A stretch of 64,000 nucleotides of DNA from Octopus vulgaris (GCA_951406725.2 OX597832.1:38130001-38194000), one strand, 5' to 3'. Counted from the stretch's first letter, positions 41,796-55,284 are shown. Translations and numbers: made by a program. Notes: generated from the letters alone by a model not told the origin.

Positions 41796-41986
41796 AGAGT
41801 TTACGAAAAAAACAAAAGACGAAGACAGGTGGTGTAGAAAACAAACAGATGTATTAGTATAACGCTCAGGAATAGAAAAAATCTTTTACGTTTCGAGCCT
41901 ACGCTCTTCTACAGAAAGGGACACAGAAAAAAACAAGGAGAGAATAAAATGTGTGTAGTAGCTAACGATCTATCATGGCGACTGCC
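41792..41986 (-). mobile_element. Short (~190 bp) repeat with variant hammerhead-like motif, abutting (TA)n
   Basis: Four close copies in the window; motif at 41883-41918. Confidence 0.88.
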
Positions 41987-42013
41987 ATGTATGTATCTAT
42001 GTATCTATGTATG

Positions 42014-42058
<45 letters not shown>

Positions 42059-43016
42059 GCACACAATATATGAGTGAGTGTGCGTGTGTGTATGTATATA
42101 TATTTATATATATATATATATGTATACATACACACACACATAAATATGAATGGCAACTTATAAACTATAATTGAAGGAATCTTAATTAAAACCAGTTTAC
42201 AGTGATTAACCTGGTGTAACTTGCTTCAGATTAAACTGAAGCAATTTCGTTTCGTTCAGAAGTGGGACCATGGACAAGCCCCTATTACAACGAGGCACTG
42301 TGAGAAAAAAATACATGAGAAATCGGCTGCATATTCGACCATCAATGCAAATGAAACTCAAGCGGTGAAGAGCCACCTATGACCGACTTCGTTCATTTAA
42401 AGCATCTCCGGATGATGGCAAGACCAGAAAAATGAAGTCGTAGCATAATCAACATACCAATACGATGGAGCACTGAAAATTTCCTGACTGTAAGTGTATC
42501 GCGAAAAGCCTATTTGAACGACCAGCATTCCGAGTTCTTTTACAGGGTTTAGTAAAACGGAAAGACTGCTGCAATAAACCTGTGTGAATGTGAAAGAGGA
42601 AGATGTTGAATCAAACAATAATTAACTGATCCTCCTTTATTCGCTTTTATCAAAAACCCAGGTATTTTTCAACATGTCCTTCGTATGGATACAGCGCCTA
42701 AGTTCTCAAACTGGCCAGAGAAATGCAAGAAGGCCATAAGGGTTGTCTGACCCTGTTGTTGTTCCTGTGTAAAATAATTTGTCTTACAGCTTATGTTAGG
42801 AGATGTAATGTATTAAGTTACTAGTTTCTAGTTGTAAGAGGACTTGTTACTTATTGTTTTAGTTAACCAATCATAACTAAATAAAACATCCGATGAGCGC
42901 CTGTCCAGCAATGGCCGATTCATCAATAATTCATGTAAAAAAAAACTTCTTATTTTATCTATTTTTCTACGTTGTTATAATGCGACACAACAATCTATAC
43001 TTACATTTGTAAGTAA

Positions 43017-43090
<74 letters not shown>

Positions 43091-43224
43091 TGCCTTATAT
43101 CTGTCTGTTTGCTTCTCTTCCTCTCTACATACACTTACATATCCCTTATGTATGTATGTATGTATGTATGTATGTATGTATGTTGATATACCTATACACA
43201 AATGCACAAGTGTGTATACGTTTA

Positions 43225-43265
<41 letters not shown>

Positions 43266-43369
43266 TGTATGTACGCATGTACACATACACATACATACAT
43301 ACACGTGCGCGTATATTTGTAGTGTGTCGTGGTCATTATTGCAATTGTTTGTGCTGATGCCGTTTACAC

Positions 43370-43403
<34 letters not shown>

Positions 43404-43530
43404 GCTGCTGTTGTTGTTGTTACTCTATATCTCTTCCAGCTGTGGGATTAATGTTTGTAAACTTGGACACTGATAAGGAAAATCTACGGAGAATAAAATG
43501 TGCGAGTGTGTAAATATACATACATACATG

Positions 43531-43591
<61 letters not shown>

Positions 43592-44194
43592 TATATATTT
43601 ATATTCACATACATGTATATATTTGTATATGTATATGAATGTATGTATACATTAGAACATTTAAGTGAATATATACACGCACGAACGTCCACCTACACGC
43701 ACAAATATACATTCCATGTGTGTATTGATATCTATACAAACACATTCACACGCTGTACAGATATACACATAGTTACATATCCACGCACACTTGTGGATAT
43801 ATATATATACGCCATGTCACACACAAATGATGTTATGTATACACGTGTACAAGGACTTAAACAAACGCATATACATACATTTCGCCACCACACACGCATT
43901 CCGCGACACAGTCACACACTCATACGTGTATGGATAATGGGCTTGTATATGGATTTATTTGTTTAGTTCATTGTTTGAGTGTATATGTGTGTGGTTTTGT
44001 AAGGGTGTGTAAATTTGTTGGCATTTATCTATGTGTATTTATATATAGATATACACACATATACATGTCTCAACAGATATATATATATATAGGTGTTCTT
44101 ACACACACTTAAATATACCTACAAATGTACGTAAATGTATATAAATATCCCCATACACGCACATACACACATATATACATATACGTATATACAC

Positions 44195-44228
<34 letters not shown>

Positions 44229-44245
44229 ATGTGCGTGTGTACACG

Positions 44246-44295
<50 letters not shown>

Positions 44296-44510
44296 CAAGC
44301 GGTGCCCCAGTATGGCCACAGCCTCAGGGCTGAGACATACAAACGAATAAAAGAATGTGTGTGTTTGTGTGTGTGCGTATTTGTGCGTGCGTGTGTGTGA
44401 CATTGTGCGTATTTTTTTGTGTATATATATGTTTATACGCATGTAAATATGTTTTTATGTAAACTTGTATATCTGTATATGTATGTGTGTATACATAATA
44501 TATATGATAT

Positions 44511-44547
<37 letters not shown>

Positions 44548-45006
44548 GTACATACATATGTGAATATACACACACAGATATGCGTGTGTGTTTTGTGTGT
44601 GTATGTGTGTGTGTGTGTGTGTGTGTCTCTATGCGTGTGTGTGTGCAGTCTGTGTCTCTATGCGTTTGAGCTCACTTAGGAATGTCATACAACATGGTAT
44701 AACAATAACAAGGTGGGGGTGGGGCTATGTGAGATAAACCTGATAAGAGAGAACGGTTTGGATAACTATGGGCAACTGTCACAGTAATGTGTTGTCGGTT
44801 AGTGTTGCTCTTGGTCCTAATGATGAGGATGATGATGATGATGATGATACTAGTACTGGTAGGGGTATGTGGTGGTGGTGGTGACTATAGCGGTGGTGGA
44901 GTCAACTAATTGTTATTAAGTTGATGATCGTGATGGTGATGATGGAATGTAAAAATCGAAAGGGAAAAATACGCTAGAACCAAGGAATAAATGACTTCAG
45001 ATTATT

Positions 45007-45576
45007 TCATTTTATTCGCTCAAATTCTTTGGTCAAACTTGGTGGACTTTTCCTCTTGATGGCGGGAAAATATCTCGTTGAATATTTGCAAGCAACTGTG
45101 GGGAAACTGCAGAATGAAGGCCCCTTTTCTAAGAGGTTTGATATTGAACTGGTAACTGCTGCATAACCAAATGCTTTGGCGTTGGCCACCACAACCTCGT
45201 TTATGATTAGCAGCCCTTCCTGTTTGTTTTCACTGTCCTGTTTGTGTTGCCAATTTTGACCCTCCTCAAAAGCCCAAATTTTATTTAATTTGTTTTACGA
45301 GATTATATTATTTTATCGAAATACGAGAATAGAAAAACAGCCAACAACTGATGAAGGGTCGTCCTTTGTGTTGTTTGTCCTGTTTTCCATTTGTGTCTTT
45401 CGTTGTTCGAAAAAATAGTTCATATTCCATGTACTCGTACTTCGTATTTTTGTTGTACACGTTTCGTGACGTCCAATTGCGAATTTTGCCTTTTTGGTTT
45501 TAAATACTATAGCCACCTATATTATAATGCATTTAATATATCATAATATATTAATTAAACTATCATAATACCTCAT

Positions 45577-45580
<4 letters not shown>
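45007..45580 (-). mobile_element. PLE-like remnant: pLTR-like segment plus possible ORF N-terminal fragment
   Basis: Minus frame ISNLLEKGPSF resembles the PLE N-terminal LL.KG..F motif; the terminal ~105 bp is inverted-duplicated at 45881-45986. Confidence 0.5.
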
Positions 45581-45654
<74 letters not shown>

Positions 45655-45688
45655 TATATACATACGTATTTGTACATACAACTGTACG

Positions 45689-45721
<33 letters not shown>

Positions 45722-45801
45722 TATATACGTACAGATGTATGTACAAATACGTATGTATATATGCATATATATATATATATATAATTTATATTATATTATA
45801 T

Positions 45802-45855
<54 letters not shown>

Positions 45856-45986
45856 CATATATACATATATACATATATATATAATGAAGTATTATGATAG
45901 CTTAATTAATATATTATGATATATTAAATGCATTATAATATAGGTGGCTATAGTATTTAAAACCAAAAAGGCAAAATTCGCAATTG
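45475..45986. repeat. ~105-bp inverted repeat enclosing a ~300-bp (TA)n-rich tract
   Basis: CAATTGCGAATTTTGCC...TCATTAT versus ATAATGA...GGCAAAATTCGCAATTG, about 2 mismatches. Confidence 0.92.
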
Positions 45987-46128
45987 CTAGAAATGAGAGC
46001 TAAAAAATAAAAACCGGGTAGCCACACAAAATCACCAACTTAATGAGATATTCAGGGACTGTGAGCGGCAAGCCACAACAATTTTTCTTGGCCGAGATAA
46101 ACTCGCAGAATGAAAGGGGGAGAGATAG

Positions 46129-46180
<52 letters not shown>

Positions 46181-47105
46181 AGAAGAAGAGAGACAGAGAC
46201 GGAGAGAGACAGAGACAGACAGAGAAGGGGTAGAGAGGGAAATGGAGAGATGCTGGTCATGACTTAAATACCTTCTTTGATCAAAGGCCTGCTGCTTCAA
46301 CGGAGCTGACATGGGGGGAGGGACTTAATAACAACAACAACAAAAAAAAGGCAAAAAGATAAACAAACAAAAAAAGACAAGAAATAAAATATGTAAATAA
46401 AATAAAAGCGTTAATACAAAACTAAACTTCGTTCAGCAGTTTTCTACAACAAATTGAACATAATTTGTTTTGTCCGATTCGCTTGAGAGGAACTCATGGA
46501 CATTAATTAGCTTCGCTTTTCTTGTCTTGTCCCATCCTATTTATACCTTTATCTACCTGTGTCTATTCTGGCCACTGCGTAGCTCGTAGGACAGGCTTTT
46601 TGCTACGGTCATCGTATTGCTGCTGACCTGTCCTGTAGGTGACGTTCAAAATTTAGGTTGCTAATCCATCTAGTATATCCGAACAGACTTGTAAATTTGG
46701 TGAACACAATACGCAGCAGTTTGTATTGATAGAGTGAAGGTCACTTCGAAAGTATCACAGAGGCATTTGAGCATGTAATTCGATGGCAGTTTACAAGTCT
46801 GGTGCCGCGTTGTCCGAATCTCGCTCTCTATGAATACACATTAAACTCCACCCTCTCTCTCCCACTCACGCTCTCCTAATTCTCTCTTTCTTTCCTACCC
46901 CACCCTCTGTTCTCTCGGAACTATGTGTGTGTGTGTGTATTTGTGTATGCGCGTGTGTTCATCTGCTTATCAGTTTCTTAATCACTTTATCTGTTCGTCA
47001 ATCAGATATTAAAATATCTAAATTGTCCATCAACGTACGTCTCTCTCTCTCTTTCTCTCTGACCCTGTGTTTATTTCACCCACTTCTTGTCTCTTTATCA
47101 CTAAG

Positions 47106-47214
<109 letters not shown>

Positions 47215-47357
47215 GCACATTCAATACACATGCGGACATGGACACATAAATACACACACGCATATATACCTGTTTGTGTAAGTGTATATATACATATACA
47301 TACATACATACATACATACATACGTACATACACATACACACACACACATATATATAT

Positions 47358-47543
47358 AGGGAGAATTCACAAAAAAAAGATGAAGACAGGTGGTGTAGAC
47401 AACAAACAGATGTATTAGTATAACGCTCGGGAAGTGAAAAAGTCTTCAACGTTTCGAGCCTATGCTCTTCCACAGAAAGGAACACAGAAAGAAACAAGGA
47501 GAGAAAATAAAGAATGTGTAGTGGCTAGCGATCTATCATGGCA
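47358..47543 (-). mobile_element. Short repeat with variant hammerhead-like motif
   Basis: Motif 47444-47479: CTTT CTGTGGA A GAGC ATAG GCTC GAAAC GTT GAAG. Confidence 0.87.
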
Positions 47544-48053
47544 AATATATATATATATATATATATATTTCAATAAGTTTAGTAACATAGACAGTTAGAA
47601 AAGGAAGGTAAACAGTGTTAGAGTGCGTTTTGATCTTGATATAATGATAAACATCATACTAACTTTCAAGGTGGAAAAGATAAGTGTATAATAAAGAGTA
47701 TAGTCTTCAAAGATGTTCCCTTCTAAGACTATACCTACTAAGAGTGTACTTAATATAAACATTAACATTACGAACTACCGATTATAATTTTCAAAATACC
47801 CGTCTAATTTGGATGGTTATTGCTAAAATGTAATGCAAACAGTATAAAGAAGAAATAATGAGACAAACTAATACAAATGACTATTCTGATTAAAATACAC
47901 ATTCTAACTTTTGGTGACTTACTCAACTTAGCTCATTTGTTTTGCTGCACACACACATTTGTATATACATATGTATACGTATATACGTATATATATATTT
48001 GTATACACACGCGCACACACAAACATACATATACACAAATAGATACACACACA

Positions 48054-48113
<60 letters not shown>

Positions 48114-48117
48114 CAAC

Positions 48118-48480
48118 TTTTATCTTACTTGTTTCAGTCGTTAGAGTATAGTCATGCTAGGACAACACTTTGAAGGATTTTAGTCGCACAAATCGACTCC
48201 TGTACTTATGTTTTTAAGCCTGGTACGTAATAAATTGGTCGCTTTTGCTGAATTGCTAAGTTTTGGGGACGTAAACACACCAATACCGGTTGTCAAACGG
48301 TGGTGGGGAATCAACAGAGATACAAAGACACTCACACGCATGTGCACACATACACACATACACACACACACACGTGTGTATGTGTGAGTGCGTATATACA
48401 ACGGGTTTCTTTCAGTTTCTCACAAGGCTTTGGTCGGCCCGGGGCTACAGTACGAGACACCTGCCCAAGGTGTTACGCAT
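48118..48480 (-). mobile_element. SINE family B (5' truncated)
   Basis: TACTTGTTTCAGTC...GGGGACGTAAACACACC...CACAAGGCTTTGGTCGGCCCG. Confidence 0.85.
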
Positions 48481-48533
48481 ACACACAGACACACATATAC
48501 ATATATTCATTTACATATATTTGTATACATATT

Positions 48534-48852
48534 GAAGGCACGTGTCTTAGTGGTTAGGGTATTCGGATTACAGTCGTGAGGTTGTGAGTTCAATTCCCGG
48601 AGACTCGTTGTGACCTTGAGCAAGACACTTTATTTCACGTTGCTCCAGTTCACTCAGCTCGCGAAAATGAGTTGTACCTGTATTTCAAAAGGCCAGCTTT
48701 GTCACATTCTGTGTCTCACTGAATTTACCCGAGAGGTACGTTAATGGTTCACGTGTCTGTGAAGTGCTCAGCCACTTCCACGTTAATTTCACGAGCAGGC
48801 TCTTCCGTTGATCGGATCAACTGGAACTCTTGTTATCGTAACCGACAGAATG
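48534..48852 (+). mobile_element. SINE family C, full length
   Basis: tRNA-like head; CCTTGAGCAAGACACTTTATTTCACGTTGCTCCAGTTCACTCAGCT as in 2428-2748, with a different 3' tail. Confidence 0.87.
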
Positions 48853-48863
48853 CCTGGTGTACA

Positions 48864-48969
<106 letters not shown>

Positions 48970-48978
48970 CATATATAT

Positions 48979-49160
48979 AGGGAGAGTTTACGAAAAAAAC
49001 AAAAGACGAAGACAGGTGGTGTACAAAACAAACAGATGTATTATTATAACGCTCATGAATAGAAAAAGTCTTTTACGTTTCGAGCTTACGCTCTTCTACA
49101 GAAAGGGACACAGAAAGAAACAAGGAGAGAAAACAAAGAACGTGTGGGTGGCCAGCAATT
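48979..49160 (-). mobile_element. Short repeat with variant hammerhead-like motif
   Basis: Motif 49070-49105: CTTT CTGTAGA A GAGC GTAA GCTC GAAAC GTA AAAG. Confidence 0.87.
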
Positions 49161-49184
49161 ATGTATGTAACATATACATGTGTA

Positions 49185-49398
49185 TGTGTGACTGTTCGGT
49201 AAGAAACTTGCTTCACAACCACATGATTACGGGCTCAGTTCCATGCGTGGTACTTTGGGCGGCAAGTCCTTCCTAATATTGCTTTGGTCGGCCCGGGGCC
49301 ATAGTAGTAGACATTTGGCTACGGTGCCACGCAGTGGGTTTGAACGCGGAACCATGAAGTTGGGCGCCTTCTTACCTCACAGCCATGTCTGCGCCTAC
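49185..49398. mobile_element. Two SINE B 5' fragments in inverted orientation (+ 49185-49270, - 49280-49398)
   Basis: Family B head motifs on both strands. Confidence 0.7.
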
Positions 49399-49448
49399 AT
49401 ATACGTACATGCATGTACCTATGTATGTATGTATGCATATATAAATAC

Positions 49449-49528
<80 letters not shown>

Positions 49529-49531
49529 ATT

Positions 49532-49645
<114 letters not shown>

Positions 49646-50534
49646 CATGTACGTATATTTTCCAGCCTACTCAACAAATCTATTGAACGACCCGCGAATT
49701 CGTCCGCCTATCCAACCGGTCATTCATGCCACTCGTTGCCCAGTCAAGCATGCTTTCCACACTATAACAATGTCAAAGGTATCAACCTAACAATGCTTGG
49801 GTGGTTTCTATCTAGTTTTGGTCACTTTGTCAAAGATAAGGGCAATTTAATACATTGATACACTGAGGACAGGTAGTAGAAAAGGTTGCCGGAGATAACA
49901 ACAGTGGGTGCTTCTGTTTATGTTAGTGGGGAGAGAGAGAGAGAAGAAGAGAGAGGAGAGGAGCAGAGGGGGGAGGGGAGAATGAAGGACGGGGAAGAGA
50001 AAAGAGTGGAAGAGGTGTTGGACTGGGGGTGGGGGGGATTTCATTGAGGATAAGAAAGCCAGGTAAGAAGAGAAGATATATAGGTAGATAAATGGTTTTA
50101 GTGTAAGGGAGAATGCAGAAATTGATAAATATTATTATTTCTGTTTCATTCAAAACTCAAATGAGGTATATGCATGGAGATTAGATCTTTAGTAAAACGC
50201 ACACACGCTCTCACACACACACATACACACATACACACATACACGCACATACACACACGCGTACATACATATACATATATATCTTTCCCGCTGTTCCCTC
50301 TCTACCTCTCTCTGTATACATACATATATTTATAAATACATACACACACACATATATATTATATGTATAATGTATATATATATATATATATTATATGTGT
50401 AATAAATATATATATATATAGACACACACACATAAATATAATATGAAGGCGGTGCTCCAGGATGGTCGCAGTCAAATAACTGAAACAAATAAAAGAGTAA
50501 AAGAATAAAATGATATATATACATACATACACAC

Positions 50535-50599
<65 letters not shown>

Positions 50600-50686
50600 C
50601 ATAAGTAAATACATACACATACATCTGTATCTATCTATCTATCTATCTCTCGGGCTCTCTCGCTCGGATTTACTATATATATATAT

Positions 50687-50941
50687 CATTTTTGGATTAG
50701 GTTTGCAAGATTCTTTATATGAGTTCGTGTGTTGAAGCATATTTTGCTGTGTTTGGGGAGAGTCATTCCCTTTTAGTGCCTTATTATTTAACAAACTAAC
50801 CGATAAAGTTTCCACTCATTTTCTTATTTATTTTTCCTAAAATTTTCGTGGCGTCTTGCAACCTTTTTGACTATTGAAAAGGTTGCCAGAAGCAACGAAA
50901 ATTTTAAGAAAAATATATAAGAAAATGAGTGGAAACTTTAC
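50687..50941. mobile_element. Tail plus fold-back (~64-bp arms) element between (TA)n tracts
   Basis: Arms 50804-50867 / 50877-50940; tail TTGCAAGA (50703-50710) is complementary to arm TCTTGCAA; tail shares GGGGAGAGTCATT...GTGCCTTAT with 24730-24760. Confidence 0.8.
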
Positions 50942-50974
50942 ATTTATATATATATATTGCTTATATTAGCCCTT

Positions 50975-51345
50975 GGCCTGCGGTCATGCTGGGACAACGT
51001 CCTGAAGGGTTTTAGTCAAACAATTCGATCCTAGTACATCCTTTTGTTTTTAAATTCTGGTACTCATTCTATCGGTCTTTTTTGCCGAACTGCTATGTTA
51101 GGGAACTTTTACAAACTAAAAAGGTTGTCAAGAGTCAGTTCGAGGCAAACACAAATAGAAAGATATACACACATGCATATACGAAAAGCTTTTACACGGG
51201 AGGCTTCCATATAGTTTCCGTTTACCCAATTTACTCAGAGGATATTGGTCGGCCCGTGGGTATAGTAGAAAACACTTGCCCAAGGTGTGCCTCAGTGTAA
51301 TCGAACCCGAAATCCCATGATTGCAAGGCAACTACATAGCCCCTA
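50975..51345 (-). mobile_element. Decayed SINE family B
   Basis: ATTCTATCGGTCTTTTTTGCCGAAC...TATAGTAGAAAACACTTGCCCAAGGTG. Confidence 0.78.
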
Positions 51346-51390
51346 CATATTTATGTCTGTGTGTAGCTATATGTATGTGTATATAAACAC

Positions 51391-51439
<49 letters not shown>

Positions 51440-52189
51440 CATATACTCTGTAAATGAAATTGGATAGACGGAAATTGAGTGGACATACGTCGGATAGGCT
51501 TTATCTGTAATTTAAAAGGTCCGATCTTGTCGCACTGTGTCATACTGAACTCACATTAGAGTGAATTATAAAATAAAAAAGTAATACAAAAAAACAACAA
51601 ACTAACTAACTAATAACACCAGAGTCGTCACTTCAAATTTCTGAAATGAAATCAGAAGAGAAAACAATACTCTTTTCTTCTCCTCGAGTATTACGCGCAA
51701 GAAATATGTAATTTCAGGTAATTAGTTTGAGAAAGGTGTAGGTGTGGCTATGTAGTTAAGAAGTACTCTTTGCAGCCACGTGCTTTCGGGTTCAGTCTCA
51801 CAGCACGACACCTTCTACTATGGCCTCGGTTCATTGCTTGCCCTGTGCGTGGATTTCGAAGGCGGAAACTATGTGGAAGCCAGTCATATATTGCATACCA
51901 AAAAAGATGACTGCAAACGTTAACAAAAGTTTTCCATTCTTCTGGTTTGGTACATCTATACGCACGTACAGACGCGTATATACACCGTACAAACTTGCAT
52001 ATAAACTTACGGAATCCCGAATATTAAGACAGATTTATGTTCGGTTATTCCTGTAGTAAATGTGTGCCAGGTGTAATTTTGTGTGTGTATGTCTGTATAT
52101 TTATATGTATGTCTACATTTTTGCATCTGTATGTCTGTCTTTGTCTATTTGACGATCAATCTGTCTGTCTGTATCTAATCGTAAATATA

Positions 52190-52747
52190 CGTACATACAT
52201 ATATACATGCATACATACATACATACATGCATACATAAATACATACATACATACATGCATACATGCATGCATACATACATACATACATACATACATGCAT
52301 ACATACATACATTCATACATACATACATACATACATACATACATACATAACATACATACATACATACATACATACATACATACATACATACATACATACA
52401 TACATACATACATACATACATACATGGCATGAATACATTCATCATACATCACATGTTAACATACGTTCATACATGCATGCATACATACATACATACATAC
52501 ATACATACATACATACATACATGTTCTCTACAAAAGTGTGGAGCAACCCATCAGATGAATGTAAAATTGTTTTTACTATAACTGAACATTAAAACAAACA
52601 TTAACATATATATACATATAAAGGTATATATATATATATATTATATATATGTATAAAACACAAAAGTAAATACAAATATATATATATATAAAGGTATATA
52701 TGCTCATACATATATATGTATGTGTGTATATATATATATATAATATA

Positions 52748-52804
<57 letters not shown>

Positions 52805-52860
52805 GTATGTATATATATATACACATATATATAAATGTATATGTATGTATGTATGTGCAG
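52190..52860. repeat. (TACA)n and (TA)n microsatellites
   Basis: Direct reading. Confidence 0.95.
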
Positions 52861-53465
52861 TTATATACTTATTATGTAATCATGTGTATGCATATACAAT
52901 TTCCAAACATAACGCAGATACGGTATACAACAATATTTTCATTGCGTGTGACTCATGTTTGTCTTTTGATTAATATACAGCTCAATTTTTCGCCCTAATG
53001 TTTACACTGGATCTAGAAAGCGTATTACATCGCCTAAGTACCCCGAAATACCTCATTTAATGACAAAGACATCACTTCAGACATTTTTATAAACCTCTGA
53101 ACAATTCCTTACCGTGTTTAAAAGTTTGTATTAGGCCCTGCGCATGCGTAAAATATCGTTTGTTTAAGGCAGTGCATGCGTTTTTGCCCCACTCACTTTC
53201 TCCCTTGTGTAATAGAGGGAGAATTCGTGAAGGGTTCTGTGCTTAAACGGTTATATTATAAGAGGTTAATTGTATCAGAGTGTGTGAGGCTGTATTTAGA
53301 GCTTGCTGCTAATTATGGTCTGTGACATTGTAGGAGGTTGTAATCTATTATAACGGTATCATTACATTATGCACGCGCGTGTATACTTATGTATTCACAC
53401 ACACACACACACTCTATCTCTCACACACACACACTCACACACACATATATATAAAGACATACGCT

Positions 53466-53502
<37 letters not shown>

Positions 53503-53504
<2 letters not shown>

Positions 53505-53725
53505 GGCAGAAACGTTAGCGCGCCAGGCGAAATGCTTAGCGGTATTTCGTCTGTCGTTACGTTCTGAGTTCAAATTCCGCCGACGTCGACTTTGCCTTTC
53601 ATCCTTTCGGGATCGATAAATTAAGTACCAGTTGCGCACTGGGGTCGATGTAATCGACTTAATCCCTTTGTCTGTCCTTGTTTGTCCCCTCTATGTTTAG
53701 CCCCTTGTGGGCAGTAAAGAAATAT
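53503..53725 (+). mobile_element. Young SINE A subfamily with LINE-like 3' tail, in (TA)n
   Basis: Near identical to the reverse complement of 33632-33863; ends AGCCCCTTGTGGGCAGTAAAGAAATA. Confidence 0.92.
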
Positions 53726-53746
53726 ATATATATACCACACACATGT

Positions 53747-53905
53747 GGAGGCACATGGCCTAGTGGTTAGAGCAGCGGACTCGCGGTCGAGGGATCGTGG
53801 GTTCGAATCTCAGACCGGGCGATGGTTGTGTTTATGAGCGAAGCACCTAAGCTCCACGCAGCTCCAGCAGAAGGTAATGGCAAAACTTCTGCTGACTCTT
53901 TCGTC
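53747..53905 (+). mobile_element. SINE C/D subfamily 5' half (tRNA-like head)
   Basis: TGGCCTAGTGGTTAGAGC A box and GGTTCGAATC B box; matches 61770-61895. Confidence 0.85.
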
Positions 53906-53917
53906 ACATATATATAC

Positions 53918-54066
53918 GCGACGGGCTTCTTTCAGTTTCCGTCTACCAAATCCACTCACAAACTTTGGTCAGCCTGCGGCAAGAGTAGAAAACACTTGCC
54001 CAAAGTGTCACGCAGTGGAACTGAACCCGGAACCTTATGGTTGAGAAGCAAGCTTCTTACCACGCA
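53918..54066 (-). mobile_element. SINE family B 5' half
   Basis: CGACGGGCTTCTTTCAGTTTCCGTCTACCAAATCCACTCAC. Confidence 0.88.
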
Positions 54067-54159
54067 AGAAACAAAACTAACAATAAGACGGAACATAAAA
54101 GTATATTTTTATATACTTCCACTGTATTTAGATTTTCATAAATTTACCCTCCATTTTTT

Positions 54160-54540
54160 CTCCAATGCAAATCTTTGATGAGATCCTTCAACTCAGTTTT
54201 ACGTAACACATCTGCTTCTATACTTAGTAGAGATAAGGTATCCAGCCTCCCAAGTTGCATAGTCGTTCTGATGAGACTTTTAGTATATTTCAACTAAGAG
54301 AACGAACGCTCAGCTGAGCAGTTTGTGACCATCGATGGTAAAATTATACGAAAGGCAATATCAACATTTGGAAAGGCATGCTCAATAATATTTATTTTAG
54401 CGAGTTGAAAGTGATTTCTTTTGTGCCGTAAGTCATTTACCATTTCTGTGGTGCCCCCCTCCCCCACCACCATCACCACTACCTTTCCTTTGATGCCTTA
54501 AGCACGTGCCTGTTTTGCTTAATGGTTAATCCAGCGCTCC
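54160..54540 (-). pseudogene. Internally deleted hAT transposon: C-terminal dimerization domain plus terminal sequence
   Basis: FPNVDIAFRIILPSMVTNCSAERSFS*LKYTKSLIRTTM..GRLDTLSLLSIE is the hAT dimerization signature; hAT-like end GCGCTGGATTAACCATTAAGCAAAACAGGCACGTGC at ~54538. Confidence 0.85.
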
Positions 54541-54619
54541 TTGTGCCTATAGCAGAGAAATCATTTTAGCGATTTGATTACAACACAAAACATGTTCCAC
54601 TCACAAGCATCACCTTCCG

Positions 54620-54840
54620 TCTTTTATCGTTTTGCTTGCTTCAAGTCACTAGACTGCGGCCATGCTGGGGCACACTGACTCGAAGAAATTTTTAGTCGAA
54701 TGAATCGACCCTTAGTACTTCATTTTGTTAAGCCCGGTACGTATTCTATTGAACGCCTTTGTAGAATTGCTAAGCTACGGGGACGTAAACACACCAACAC
54801 CGGCAGTCAAGCGATGGTGGGAGATAAACACAAACACAAT
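54620..54840 (-). mobile_element. SINE family B 3' half
   Basis: GACTGCGGCCATGCTGGGGCAC...GGGGACGTAAACACACCAAC. Confidence 0.85.
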
Positions 54841-54952
54841 GACATACACACATATATATATATATGTATACATACACACATTTGTATATATATGTATACA
54901 CACAAATTTGTATATATATATATATTTATATATATATATATACATACATACA

Positions 54953-55257
54953 CATATAAGAGGGATGACCACTACGTGGACATCCATATGCTAGAAGTAG
55001 ATCCGCTATGGTCTTACCGCTCGCTTACGTTCTGGCGTTTGCTAAACTTTTCTTGAGATCATTCTTTTCTTAGTGGTAAGACCATAGCAGCTCTACTTCT
55101 AGCATATAAATGTCCACGAAGTGGTCATCCCTCTTATATGTATGTAATATAATTTTTCTGTATATTCAGATTTTAATATGCTAGACCACTGGTTTTAAAT
55201 TGATATTAATCAATTTAATATTCAATTTTTCACCCTTGTTATTTTAAATTTAAATTT
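54953..55257. mobile_element. Fold-back (~68-bp arms, ~52-nt loop) plus tail element, relative of 9705-9973
   Basis: Arms 54953-55020 / 55073-55140; shared tail motif. Confidence 0.82.
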
Positions 55258-55284
55258 ATATATATATATAATATTATATATATA

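Noticed and set aside
42200-42950. Possible decayed transposase or other coding remnant
   Set aside because: Composition looks coding-like, but no motif could be identified with confidence by eye
45315-45366. CTGATGA and upstream GAAA as a permuted hammerhead
   Set aside because: Stems I and III cannot be formed convincingly
46500-46820. Possible RTE-like LINE 3' remnant on the minus strand
   Set aside because: Only vague resemblance, with many stops; needs a profile search
53747-53822. tRNA-like sequence with A and B boxes (also 2428-2500, 48534-48602, 61770-61842)
   Set aside because: No proper acceptor stem and each continues into SINE body sequence; these are SINE heads, not tRNA genes
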